Assembly (NCBI GenBank): GCA_016709385.1 | Contig: JADJMW010000007.1 | Coordinates: 67,744-131,743 of the forward strand | Direction: 5' to 3' | Origin: Candidatus Rubrivivax defluviihabitans | GTDB taxonomy: Bacteria > Pseudomonadota > Gammaproteobacteria > Burkholderiales > Burkholderiaceae_C | Length of the DNA: 64,000 nucleotides | Shown: in pieces, positions 1 through 8,573 of the stretch | How the letters are laid out: each line of letters begins with the position of its first letter | How positions within the stretch are numbered: position 1 is the first letter of the stretch | Made by a program: the position numbers and the translations under genes | Notes under the pieces: model-generated | Told to the model about the DNA's origin: nothing | Databases searched by the model: none | Seen by the model: only the letters and a program-made list of their open reading frames with translations

Positions 1-152
1 TCTCCTGGATCACCTGGCCCGACAAGGCGACGCGCAACGCCGGCATGGCAGCGATGATGGACGATCCCCGGATGTCGCCGGAGCGCAACCCGATGCCCTT
101 CGACGGCAAGCGCATGATCTTCGGCGGCTTCGAGGCCATCGTGAGCGCGTAG
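1..152 (+). CDS. DUF1428-family protein, 3' end only (5' end off-window)
   Basis: Frame 3 reads SWITWPDKATRNAGMAAMMDDPRMSPERNPMPFDGKRMIFGGFEAIVSA and stops at TAG 150-152. This resembles remembered DUF1428 C-termini. Confidence 0.55.
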   Translation, partial: SWITWPDKATRNAGMAAMMDDPRMSPERNPMPFDGKRMIFGGFEAIVSA

Positions 153-178
153 GCGCTGAATCGAGCTGGAGAGCGCCC

Positions 179-484
179 ATGACGAGCAAGAATACGATCT
201 GCCTCTGGTTCGACGGCGATGCCGTCGAAGCCGCGCGGTTCTACGCGAAGACGTTTCCCGACAGCGACGTGGGCGCGATCCGTCGCGCGCCCGGCGACTT
301 TCCCTCGGGCCAGCGGGGTGACGTGCTGACCGTCGAGTTCACGGTGATGGGCATTCCCTGTCTCGGGCTCAACGGCGGGCCTGCGTTCAGGCACAGCAAG
401 GCGTTCTCTTAGCGAGCCTTCGACGCGATGATGGAGATGACGAAGATCGACATCGCCGTGATCGAAGCGGCCCGGCGCGGCTGA
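179..484 (+). pseudogene. PhnB-like VOC / 3-demethylubiquinone-9 3-methyltransferase-domain protein with an internal deletion
   Basis: ORF 179-412 (MTSKNTICLWFDGDAVEAARFYAKTFPDS...GGPAFRHSKAFS) stops at TAG 410-412. The same frame then continues RAFDAMMEMTKIDIAVIEAARRG* (413-484), a typical C-terminus of this family. The middle roughly 60 aa of the usual roughly 150-aa protein are missing. Confidence 0.6.
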
Positions 485-561
485 CGCCGCAACCCGGGTT
501 GGCCGTCGAGCACCGGCGCCCCGGCTGCGTCGGGCGTGGCGATCTTCGGCGCGCCAGGCGA

Positions 562-1524
562 CTACTGCACGAGCGCCTCGAGCGCATCGAACGAGCTCGT
601 CCACCCGAGCGTCATGCCGGCACGCTCGCGGACGAAGGCTTCGACCTCCGCACCCGTCACCCCATCATCCTCACCACCGTGACCATAGGGCTCGCTGGTC
701 ACCGTCACGCGCGTCCTGTCGGGCGCCTCTTCCGTGAACAACACCCTGGTCAGCAGCGTCGCCGGCCAGGTCTCGGCGCCGGGAGCCGGCGCGAGTTGCT
801 CGCGCTCGTCGACGAACTGCTGCGTGTATTCGATGCGCCGGGGCGGATCGATCGCCAGGTATTCGGCCCGCACACGCATCGTGCCGTGGTGGCCGGCAAT
901 GACGAAGAGCGTGCTCTGGCCCGCCGCGATCTGCGAACGGAGAAAGCGCATCGTGGTTCCCGGCGGCGGAAGCCACTTCGCCAGGCGCTCCGGGTTGGAC
1001 CACATCTCGAAGACGCGTGCGACCGGGGCGTCCAGCGAGCGATTGATGACGAAACACCGCCGGCCTGACGAAACCTCTTCGAGATGCTCCGCGAGCCGAT
1101 CCCAGGTCGCGTTGCCGCCGGCCTGCTTGATGTGCTTGGCGACATCGGCGGCGGCCTCGGGCGACGGCAGCGTGAAGATCAACTGCATCGTGGTCCGGCC
1201 GTTCGCTTCGGTGAACGTGGCCGTGACGTGGAAGAGTGGAGGACGATCGTCGGTGGCGCCGTGGTCGTAGATGAGCTTCTTGTGCGGTTCGACCACGTGG
1301 TACGTCGCAACGTTCGGATGGTCGACGCCGTCCGGGCCGTGCATCGTGTAGCGCCACTGGCCACCGGCGCGCAGGTCCTTGCCGTGGGTGGTCAGCGTGA
1401 AGCCGCGCGGCCCCCACCATTTCGCGACCTGCTCAGGCAGGGTCCACGCATCCCACACCGCGCGCACCGGCGCGTCGTAGATGCGTGTGAGCCGGATCTC
1501 GTTCGAGCTGTTTCTGGCGGCCAC
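562..1524 (-). CDS. tandem SRPBCC (AHSA1/activator of Hsp90 ATPase-like) domain protein
   Basis: ORF 562-1716 contains two SRPBCC-like halves (IRLTRIYDAPVRAVWDAWTLPEQVAKWWGPRGF... and FVINRSLDAPVARVFEMWSNPERLAKWLPPPG...). The likely start is GTG at 1524, preceded by aggag. The upstream part of the ORF is ArsR debris. Confidence 0.75.
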   Translation of the reverse strand: MAARNSSNEIRLTRIYDAPVRAVWDAWTLPEQVAKWWGPRGFTLTTHGKDLRAGGQWRYTMHGPDGVDHPNVATYHVVEPHKKLIYDHGATDDRPPLFHVTATFTEANGRTTMQLIFTLPSPEAAADVAKHIKQAGGNATWDRLAEHLEEVSSGRRCFVINRSLDAPVARVFEMWSNPERLAKWLPPPGTTMRFLRSQIAAGQSTLFVIAGHHGTMRVRAEYLAIDPPRRIEYTQQFVDEREQLAPAPGAETWPATLLTRVLFTEEAPDRTRVTVTSEPYGHGGEDDGVTGAEVEAFVRERAGMTLGWTSSFDALEALVQ

Positions 1525-1589
1525 TTCGTTCTCCTCTTGTCCTGGGCTCGGGCTTCTTGCGTGGCGTCGTGCCACGGGCTTTGGAGGTG

Positions 1590-1801
1590 GCGCCGATGTG
1601 ACGCTCTTCAGGTACGCATCGTGGCGGTCGAGCCGCTCCAACCACATGGCACGGTACCGATCGATCCAATCGGCCGCCGGGGCCAGCGCATGAGGCTCGA
1701 GTCGACACGGCCGCATCTGACCTTCACGGCCGCGCGAGGATCGCCCGGCGCGTCGCGCCGGCGAGGGCGGAGAAGACCGCCGAGTGATCGGCTGAGCTCA
1801 T
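1590..1801 (-). pseudogene. ArsR/SmtB-family regulator with an out-of-frame internal deletion of the HTH region
   Basis: MSSADHSAVFSALAGATRRAILAR starts at 1801 and stops at 1724-1726. A different frame continues RGREGQMRPCRLEPHALAPAADWIDRYRAMWLERLDRHDAYLK, an ArsR C-terminal pattern. About 45 aa including the wHTH are absent. The lower boundary is approximate. Confidence 0.5.
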
Positions 1802-1928
1802 GACCGCACTTTGCCAAACGGTTGGATAACCGTCAAAAGAGTATTGGGTCTCGTTGACCATCGTGGGCGTCGGGGCGAAGGCCACTGCGCCGGCGGCAGC
1901 CGACGCCTTGCCACCGCACCCACAGCCG

Positions 1929-2270
1929 TCAGGACTGCGGGTCGAACTGGAAGACACGCAACTCCTGGTCGCAGCGGCATGCCGTCGCGATGCGCCCGGC
2001 CCACGCGACGGCCTCCTCGCGCGAGGGCAGTTCAAGCACGGTGAAGCCGCCGTCGAGCGGGCGCGCCCACGGATAGCCGCCCTCGGCCACCCTGCCGGCG
2101 GCCGAAACGCGCACCGGCGGCACGTCTTCGTCGATGCCACCGCCGAAGACGTAGACGCCGGCGGCCTTCGCCTCGTCGATCACGGCATGTGAGTCCCGGC
2201 CCACCGCCTCCCACTCGCCGTCGGGAACGATCATCGCCGCACTCGGGAAGGAGATCAGGTATTTGGCCAT
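1929..2270 (-). CDS. YciI-family protein
   Basis: MAKYLISFPSAAMIVPDGEWEAVGRDSHAVIDEAKAAGVYVFGGGI... is a typical YciI/DGPF pattern. The start was moved to the internal ATG at 2270 of ORF 1929-2306. Confidence 0.8.
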   Translation of the reverse strand: MAKYLISFPSAAMIVPDGEWEAVGRDSHAVIDEAKAAGVYVFGGGIDEDVPPVRVSAAGRVAEGGYPWARPLDGGFTVLELPSREEAVAWAGRIATACRCDQELRVFQFDPQS

Positions 2271-2488
2271 GGTGCACATTCTGTGGGGACTGAAGAAGTT
2301 GAACACGATCGATCAACGTGGCGACGGCAAGACGCGTAGGTCTTGACTCCCCGCAAGCCGCCGATCGTGAGTACCGAAAGCCCAGCCCCGTGGAGAGCTC
2401 GCCATGAGGATCGGGAGCGAGACTCCTCCATCAGCGTCGACATCGCCCGCCGGGAGCCCCGCGCCCCTCGCCTAAGATGCTCGGCTCC

Positions 2489-2590
2489 ATGACCGCACCG
2501 ACCTCCACCGCCGAACGCCTGAAGGGCGACCTCTCGGCCCACACGCCGATGATGGCGCAGTACCAGCGGGTGACTTTCCAGGCCGCGTAG
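2489..2590 (+). pseudogene. mutS: decayed 5' end of a mutS gene (33 codons)
   Basis: It translates to [33 protein letters not shown]. The HTPMMAQY block is the conserved MutS N-terminal motif. Nucleotides 2540-2564 match 4201-4225 of the intact mutS at 22 of 25 positions. Confidence 0.6.
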
Positions 2591-2829
2591 AGCGTAGGGT
2601 TCGTGGCGCAAATCTCTCCACCAGTCCCCCTGGAGTCCCCGTGGTGCCTGGCGGCACTTGAATGCAGGTGTCGGAACCTGAACTCACCGCACGGACGATG
2701 GGTTCAGGACGCCGAAATGCTGATGCTGGCAAGCAGCCCAAGGCCCTCAGCGCGCATCTTGGTCGCGCGGTTCAACGTCAGCCATCTGGCGGACAGCCGA
2801 CATCGGACTTGCACTGTTGTGAACCCGGT

Positions 2830-2865
2830 GTCGGCCATTATGGAGAGCTCTCCATAATGGCCGAC
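2830..2865. repeat. 36-bp perfect palindrome GTCGGCCATTATGGAGAG/CTCTCCATAATGGCCGAC
   Basis: Read directly; the two 18-nt halves are exact reverse complements. It lies in a roughly 530-bp stretch (2591-3118) with no convincing ORF. Confidence 0.9.
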
Positions 2866-3118
2866 CGCCGTAGGCCACGAACGGCAGGTTCGTAGATGCG
2901 GAACGTGAAGCATCCGGGCCGGTCGTCGGGTAGGTTCGGAGCGCGCCGATGGGCTGGTATGGGTCCGTATCCGGGTACTCAGCTTTGATTGTTCAGTGAC
3001 CGGTCTACAACAGGTTGCTGACCTTCACCGAGCCACGATGGCTGTTGCTACATTACCGAGTGGCAGCACAAGCGAAGGGCGGCCCGGCACTTTCCTGCGG
3101 CCCAGCCCGGGTGCCGGT

Positions 3119-3487
3119 TCATGCCGCGACGTTTTCATGATGGACATGCATGTCGATGTGCACATCGGCAAATGGACACAAGACACCGCCAGCGTCATCG
3201 CGTTCGACCAGGCCCAGTTCGGTCAGCACCTGCACATCTTCGTGCACCCGCTTGACGTCGCGGCCGGCTCGCCGGGCCAGTTCGCGCACCGCAATCGCGC
3301 CCTGCCCCAGCAAGGTGGTTACCAGTGCCCAGCGGCGTTCGGTCAGCCTGCCGAAGAACGCGCCGGGGCTTTCGAAGTTCAGCGTCTCGCCTTGGTATCT
3401 GTCGGCCTGACCGGCCTTGCCCGCTTGCCGCAAGGCTGCACGCCAGTCGGGCGTCATGGTGATGGTGAGCGAGCGTCGTATCGTCAT
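3119..3487 (-). CDS. winged-HTH DNA-binding protein (HVO_A0114-like), putative antitoxin partner
   Basis: MTIRRSLTITMTPDWRAALRQAGKAG...RWALVTTLLGQGAIAVRELARRAGRDVKRVHEDVQVLTELGLVERDD. It overlaps the upstream gene by 4 bp (ATGA). Confidence 0.65.
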   Translation of the reverse strand: MTIRRSLTITMTPDWRAALRQAGKAGQADRYQGETLNFESPGAFFGRLTERRWALVTTLLGQGAIAVRELARRAGRDVKRVHEDVQVLTELGLVERDDAGGVLCPFADVHIDMHVHHENVAA

Positions 3488-3771
3488 GGCGTTCTCCTTG
3501 CCGCATCCACGGCGGCGATGAAATCTTCCACCAAAGCGTCAATCGTGGTGAAGTTGTATGGCAACTCCCGCCCATGCAGGTGGCAGTGGTCGCCCTTGCC
3601 CCGTTCGTTGTCGAATCCGATCACACGCACGCCGTCCACGACGTAGACCGCGCGGTACTTGTAACCATGGCCTGAAGGTGATACCGGTTGCGGCACGCGC
3701 CAGACAACGAGTTCCGTCACGCCACCATCATCGGCAACGCTCTTGAAGCGGGTGATCAACTCGGCCTTCAT
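3484..3771 (-). CDS. TumE/DUF6516-family toxin-like protein
   Basis: The internal start of ORF 3484-3996 gives MKAELITRFKSVADDGGVTELVVWRVPQPVSPSGHGYKYRAVYVVDGVRVIGFDNERGKGDHCHLHGRELPYNF..., which matches the remembered DUF6516/TumE pattern (GKGDHxH). Confidence 0.55.
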   Translation of the reverse strand: MKAELITRFKSVADDGGVTELVVWRVPQPVSPSGHGYKYRAVYVVDGVRVIGFDNERGKGDHCHLHGRELPYNFTTIDALVEDFIAAVDAARRTP

Positions 3772-4146
3772 GTTGGCAATTTTGCCAACATTATGTATGT
3801 CTTTGGCAAGTTCGCCTGCAGGGTTCAGGTGTGGTGCACAAGTGCCCGGCAAGGATTGGGGCTGGCAGGACACGACGACTCCCGAGCCAACCCCTTTGAA
3901 CGCTGGGGAACTGGCCAAGAGCCCAATGGAAGACCTTCGACCGTGCTCCCCATCCAGTCCCCTCTCAAGGGCCGTTCCTGACGCAGCTGACGGCACGATC
4001 AGGTACTCCTAGAGCCGCAAGCAGCCGTAAGCGCCTGTCGGCCAATGATCTTTCTGATCGAGCCCTCGGCGGATGTCGCCCCACGATAATTCCACAGTAC
4101 CAGGCGGGCGACTTTTCTGAGATCGCCGCGATATGAAGCCAAGTCA

Positions 4147-6786
4147 TTGATGCAAAACGACAATTCACCACCCATCGCGAAGAACACTGAGCTTGCCGGA
4201 CACACACCCATGATGGCCCAGTACCTGCGCATCAAGGCGGACTTCCCGGACACGCTCGTCTTCTATCGCATGGGCGATTTCTACGAGCTGTTCTTCGACG
4301 ACGCGCGCAAGGCCAACCGCCTGCTCGACATCACGCTCACCACGCGCGGCCAGAGTGCGGGTGAACCGGTGGTGATGGCCGGCGTACCGGTGCACTCGGT
4401 CGAAAGCTACCTGGCACGGCTGATCAAGCTCGGCGAAGCGGTGGCGGTGGCCGAACAGGTGGGCGACGTGGCCACGGCCAAGGGCCCGGTCGAACGCAAG
4501 GTGGTACGCGTCGTCACGCCCGGCACCGTGACCGACAGCGAGCTGATGGCCGAGCGCGCCGATACGCTGCTGCTGGCCGTGCACCGCCAGCGCACCCGGC
4601 CCTGTGCCGCGATACCCGATGGCCTGGTCTACGGCCTGGCCTGGCTGGGCCTGGCCAGCGGCCTGCTCGGGGTGACCGAATGCACCGAGGGCGACCTGGC
4701 CGCCTGGCTGGCGCGGCTGGATCCGGCGGAGGTCCTGCACGACGGCAGCGAGTTGCCGGAGGCGCTGCGCCAGGCGCGCGGCGCACGCACCGCGCGGCCG
4801 GCCTGGCAGTTCGACAGCACTCTAGGTGAACGCAAACTGCGCGAACAGCTGCAGGTGGCCACGCTCGCCGGCTTCAACGCCCAGGACCTGGGAGCCGCGC
4901 ATGCCGCGGCCGCCGCGCTGCTGAGCTACGCCGAACACACGCAGGGCCGTGCGCTGGCCCATGTGCGCACGCTCAGCGTGGAGCGCGCCAGCGACCTGCT
5001 CGAACTGCCGCCTTCCACGCACCGCAACCTGGAACTGGTGCAGACGCTGCGCGGCGAAGGCAGTCCCACGCTGCTGAGCCTGCTCGACACCTGCCGCACC
5101 GGCATGGGCAGCCGACTGCTGCGCCACTGGCTCACACACCCGGCACGCAGCCGCGCGTCCGCCAGCCAAAGGCACGAGGCCATTGCCGCGCTCATCGAAC
5201 AAGGCTTCGAGCCGCTGCGCGAGGCCTTGCGTGCGGTGAGCGACGTCGAACGCATCACCTCGCGCACCGCCTTGCGCCAGGTGCGACCGCGTGAACTGGC
5301 CGGCCTGCGCGCCACGCTGGCCGAGCTGCCGGCGCTGCGCACGGCGGCGCCCCGGGGCACGCCGCTGCTGGACCGGCTGCACGAGGCGCTGGCGCCCGAC
5401 CCGGCGCTGGCCGACGCGCTGAGCGCCATCGCCGACGACCCCGCGGTGCTGCTGCGCGACGGCGGCGTCATCGCGCCTGGCGTCGACGCCGACCTGGACG
5501 AGTTGCGCGGCATCAACCAGAACTGCGACGCGTACCTGCTGGACCTGGAGGCGCGCGAGCGCGCGCGCACCGCCATCCCCAATCTGCGTGTGCAGTTCAA
5601 CAAGGTGCACGGCTTTTATATCGAGGTCACCGGCTCGCACCTGGACAAGGTGCCCACCGACTACCAACGCCGGCAGACGCTGAAGAATGCGGAACGATTT
5701 GTCACGCCGGAACTGAAGAGCTTCGAAGACAAGGCGCTGTCGGCGCAGGAGCGCGCGCTGGCGCGCGAGAAGTGGCTCTACGAACAGCTGCTCGACCACC
5801 TGCAGTCGTTCCTGGCGCCGCTGGCGGCGCTGGCCCGTGCGCTGGCGGCGCTGGACGCGCTGGCCGCGCTGGCCGAGCGCGCCGCCACGCTGAACTGGTG
5901 CCGGCCGGACTTCGTGCCCTACCCCTGCATCGAGATCGAGGCCGGCCGCCACCCGGTGGTCGAGGCGCGGCTGCTGGAAACCGGCGGCGGTGCGTTCATC
6001 GCCAACCACTGCCGGCTGGACGCGAAGACGAAGATGCTCGTCATCACCGGCCCCAACATGGGCGGCAAGAGCACCTTCATGCGCCAGGTGGCATTGAGCG
6101 TGCTGCTGGCGGCGATGGGTTCCTACGTGCCGGCCGCCGCCTGCCGGCTGGGCCCGGTGGACGCCATCCACACGCGCATCGGCGCCGCCGACGATCTGGC
6201 CAATGCGCAGAGCACCTTCATGGTCGAGATGACCGAGGCCGCCGCCATCGTGCACGCCGCCACCGAGGCGAGCCTGGTGCTGATGGACGAGGTGGGCCGC
6301 GGCACCAGCACCTTCGACGGCCTGGCACTGGCCTCGGCCATTGCGGCGCAACTGCACGACCGCAACAAGAGCTTCACGCTGTTCGCGACCCACTATTTCG
6401 AGCTGACCGAGTTTCCGGCCAGGCACGAACGCGCCGCCAACGTGCACGTGGGCGCGGTGGAGGCCGGGCACGACATCGTCTTCCTGCACCAGATCGAGCC
6501 CGGCCCGGCCAGCCGCAGCTACGGCGTTCAGGTGGCACGTCTGGCCGGCATGCCGAATTCGCTCATCCGCCAGGCGCGCGCCACGCTGGAGGCGCTGGAG
6601 GCCAAGGCCGCCGCCGGCCAGGCGCAGGTGGACTTGTTCGCGCCGCCGCCAGCCACCACCACGGCGCCGGAGCCAGCGCCCCTGACCGCGGCGCTGGCCG
6701 CGCTCGACCCTGATAGGCTCTCGCCCCGCGAAGCGCTCGAAGCGCTGTACCGGCTCAAAGCCCTTTCCCGAGAATACCCGTCATGA
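4147..6786 (+). CDS. mutS: DNA mismatch repair protein MutS
   Basis: 879-aa ORF with [35 protein letters not shown], Walker [14 protein letters not shown], and HYFELT. The track start is TTG at 4147, followed by ATG. Confidence 0.95.
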   Translation: MMQNDNSPPIAKNTELAGHTPMMAQYLRIKADFPDTLVFYRMGDFYELFFDDARKANRLLDITLTTRGQSAGEPVVMAGVPVHSVESYLARLIKLGEAVAVAEQVGDVATAKGPVERKVVRVVTPGTVTDSELMAERADTLLLAVHRQRTRPCAAIPDGLVYGLAWLGLASGLLGVTECTEGDLAAWLARLDPAEVLHDGSELPEALRQARGARTARPAWQFDSTLGERKLREQLQVATLAGFNAQDLGAAHAAAAALLSYAEHTQGRALAHVRTLSVERASDLLELPPSTHRNLELVQTLRGEGSPTLLSLLDTCRTGMGSRLLRHWLTHPARSRASASQRHEAIAALIEQGFEPLREALRAVSDVERITSRTALRQVRPRELAGLRATLAELPALRTAAPRGTPLLDRLHEALAPDPALADALSAIADDPAVLLRDGGVIAPGVDADLDELRGINQNCDAYLLDLEARERARTAIPNLRVQFNKVHGFYIEVTGSHLDKVPTDYQRRQTLKNAERFVTPELKSFEDKALSAQERALAREKWLYEQLLDHLQSFLAPLAALARALAALDALAALAERAATLNWCRPDFVPYPCIEIEAGRHPVVEARLLETGGGAFIANHCRLDAKTKMLVITGPNMGGKSTFMRQVALSVLLAAMGSYVPAAACRLGPVDAIHTRIGAADDLANAQSTFMVEMTEAAAIVHAATEASLVLMDEVGRGTSTFDGLALASAIAAQLHDRNKSFTLFATHYFELTEFPARHERAANVHVGAVEAGHDIVFLHQIEPGPASRSYGVQVARLAGMPNSLIRQARATLEALEAKAAAGQAQVDLFAPPPATTTAPEPAPLTAALAALDPDRLSPREALEALYRLKALSREYPS

Positions 6787-7607
6787 CCTATTGCGTGGGC
6801 ATCCGCCTCAACGCCGGACTCGTCTTCCTGAGCGACAGCCGCACCAACGCCGGGCTGGACCAGATCAGCACCTACCGCAAGATGATGATCTACGAGAAGG
6901 CCGACGACCGCTTCATGGTCATGCTGTCGGCCGGCAACCTGAGCATCAGCCAGAGCGTGCGCGAGATCCTGCAGGTGGAAAAGCTGGACAACGGCGATGC
7001 GCCGCCGCTGACGATCTGGAATGCCACGAGCATGTTCGACGCCACGCGCGTGCTGGGCAGCGCGGTGCGCCGCGTCTACGAGCAGGACGCGGCGTCGCTC
7101 AAGGCCACCGGCATCGACTTCAATGCCAGCATGATCTTCGGCGGCCAGATCAAGGGCGAGGCGATGCGCCTGTTCCTGGTCTATTCGGCCGGCAACTTCA
7201 TCGAGGCCACGCGCGAGACCTGCTTCTTCCAGGTCGGTGAAAGCAAGTACGGCAAGCCCATCCTGGACCGCGTGCTCACCCCCGCCACGCCGCTGAACGA
7301 GGCCGCCAAGTGCGCGCTGGTGTCGATGGACAGCACGCTGAAGAGCAACCTCAGCGTCGGCCTGCCGCTGGACCTGCTGGTCTACCGCGAGGGCAGCTTC
7401 CGCAGCGACGAACACGTGTGCATCGACGACCACAACCCGTATTTCTCGATGATCCGCGGCACCTGGGGCCAGCGCCTGCGCGAGGTCTTCGAGGGCATCG
7501 ACGACCCGCGCTGGGACGGCGGCGAGACCGCGCACCCGCTGATGGTGAAGAGCAAGCGTTTCGAGCCCATGCGCAAGATCAGCAAGCCCGAGGAGCGCAT
7601 CGTCTGA
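6783..7607 (+). CDS. proteasome-type protease (Anbu-like proteasome beta-subunit homolog)
   Basis: [39 protein letters not shown]...; Thr2 would be the N-terminal nucleophile after Met removal. The start ATG overlaps the mutS stop (ATGA). Confidence 0.85.
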   Translation: MTYCVGIRLNAGLVFLSDSRTNAGLDQISTYRKMMIYEKADDRFMVMLSAGNLSISQSVREILQVEKLDNGDAPPLTIWNATSMFDATRVLGSAVRRVYEQDAASLKATGIDFNASMIFGGQIKGEAMRLFLVYSAGNFIEATRETCFFQVGESKYGKPILDRVLTPATPLNEAAKCALVSMDSTLKSNLSVGLPLDLLVYREGSFRSDEHVCIDDHNPYFSMIRGTWGQRLREVFEGIDDPRWDGGETAHPLMVKSKRFEPMRKISKPEERIV

Positions 7608-7609
7608 AC

Positions 7610-8452
7610 ATGCCGCAGCACGCCGCTGCATCGGGCGGCAACGGCCCGGGCACCCTCGTCTTCTGCCACGCCAACGGCTTTCCCGCCGGCACCTACCGCC
7701 AGCTCTTCGACGCTTGGCGTGCCACCGGCTGGCGTGTCGAGGCTCTGGACAAATTCGGCCACGACCCGGCCTACCCCGTCACGAGCAACTGGCCGCGGCT
7801 GCGCGACCAGCTCGTCGGCTTCATCGAGCGCGTCTCGCCGGGCGAGCCGGTGCACCTGGTCGGCCATTCGCTGGGTGGCTACCTGGCACTGCTGGCCGCG
7901 TGCAAGCGCCCGGCCCTGGTGCACGGCCTGGTGCTGATCGATTCGCCCATCGTGACGGGGTGGCGCGCGCACAGCGTGCACGTCATGAAGCTGGGCGGGC
8001 TGTTCAAGCGGATGTCGCCGGGGCGCGTCTCGGCCGGGCGGCGCTACCGCTGGCCCTCCGCCGAGGCCGCGTACGAACACTTCGCTGCCAAGTCCGCCTT
8101 CGCACGCTGGGCACCGGGTGTGCTGCAGGACTACATCGCCTGCGGCATGGTGCCGGCCGCCGAAGGCGGCGTCACGCTGGCCTTCCGCCGCGAGGTGGAA
8201 ACGCACATCTACAACACGCTGCCGCACCACATGGGCCGCGTGCTGAACCGCCACCCGCCGCGCTGCCCGGTGGCCTTCATCGGTGGTACGCGATCGGCGG
8301 AAATCCGCCAGGCCGGCCTGGCCGCCACGCGGGCGCTGGCGCACGACCGCCTGTCATGGGTCGAGGGTTCGCACCTGTTCCCGATGGAGCGCCCGCTGGA
8401 CACGGCGCAGGCGGTGCTGCGGCTGCTGGTCGCGCCCGCCACGGCACAATGA
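7610..8452 (+). CDS. alpha/beta hydrolase
   Basis: The internal ATG of ORF 7310-8452 gives MPQHAAASGGNGPGTLVFCHANGFPAGTYR... with nucleophile elbow GHSLGG. The start lies 2 nt after the upstream stop. Confidence 0.8.
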   Translation: MPQHAAASGGNGPGTLVFCHANGFPAGTYRQLFDAWRATGWRVEALDKFGHDPAYPVTSNWPRLRDQLVGFIERVSPGEPVHLVGHSLGGYLALLAACKRPALVHGLVLIDSPIVTGWRAHSVHVMKLGGLFKRMSPGRVSAGRRYRWPSAEAAYEHFAAKSAFARWAPGVLQDYIACGMVPAAEGGVTLAFRREVETHIYNTLPHHMGRVLNRHPPRCPVAFIGGTRSAEIRQAGLAATRALAHDRLSWVEGSHLFPMERPLDTAQAVLRLLVAPATAQ

Positions 8453-8573
8453 GGGCACCCCGAAATCACGCGGCACGGTCTGCCCCGGCTTGCCCCCGGC
8501 GACGCCTGGCACCCGACCGCCCTCGCTGTCCGATGCTCCTGCCCTTCCACCCCGTCGCGCCGGGCCGCCGGCC

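Noticed and set aside
2591-3118. Possible tRNA, integrase remnant or small gene in the ORF-free stretch upstream of the wHTH gene.
   Set aside because: All six frames were translated by eye and no family-like peptide emerged. There is no cloverleaf-compatible T-arm (GGTTCRANYCC). The small ORFs 2603-2857, 2662-2895 and 2704-2913 simply run through the palindrome.
2540-4225. Reading the 25-nt repeat (2540-2564 / 4201-4225) as attL/attR of an integrative element targeting mutS.
   Set aside because: The differences are exclusively synonymous third-position changes, and amino-acid similarity extends beyond the repeat. This fits two diverged mutS alleles. No integrase lies between the repeats.
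3743-4253. Small ORFs in the TA/mutS spacer (3743-4012+, 3965-4207-, 3999-4253-).
   Set aside because: No recognisable motifs were found. Two of them overlap the mutS start on the opposite strand. The region more plausibly carries promoters.
4822-6489. Long antisense ORFs opposite well-supported genes. Examples are 4822-6489(-) inside mutS, 10969-12519(-), 18790-20640(-), 46768-49053(+), 54800-56656(+) and 58897-60840(+).
   Set aside because: These are typical high-GC artefacts. Their translations are Arg/Ala/Gly/Pro-rich and low in complexity, no family pattern is recognisable, and each is fully overlapped by a gene with clear motifs on the other strand.
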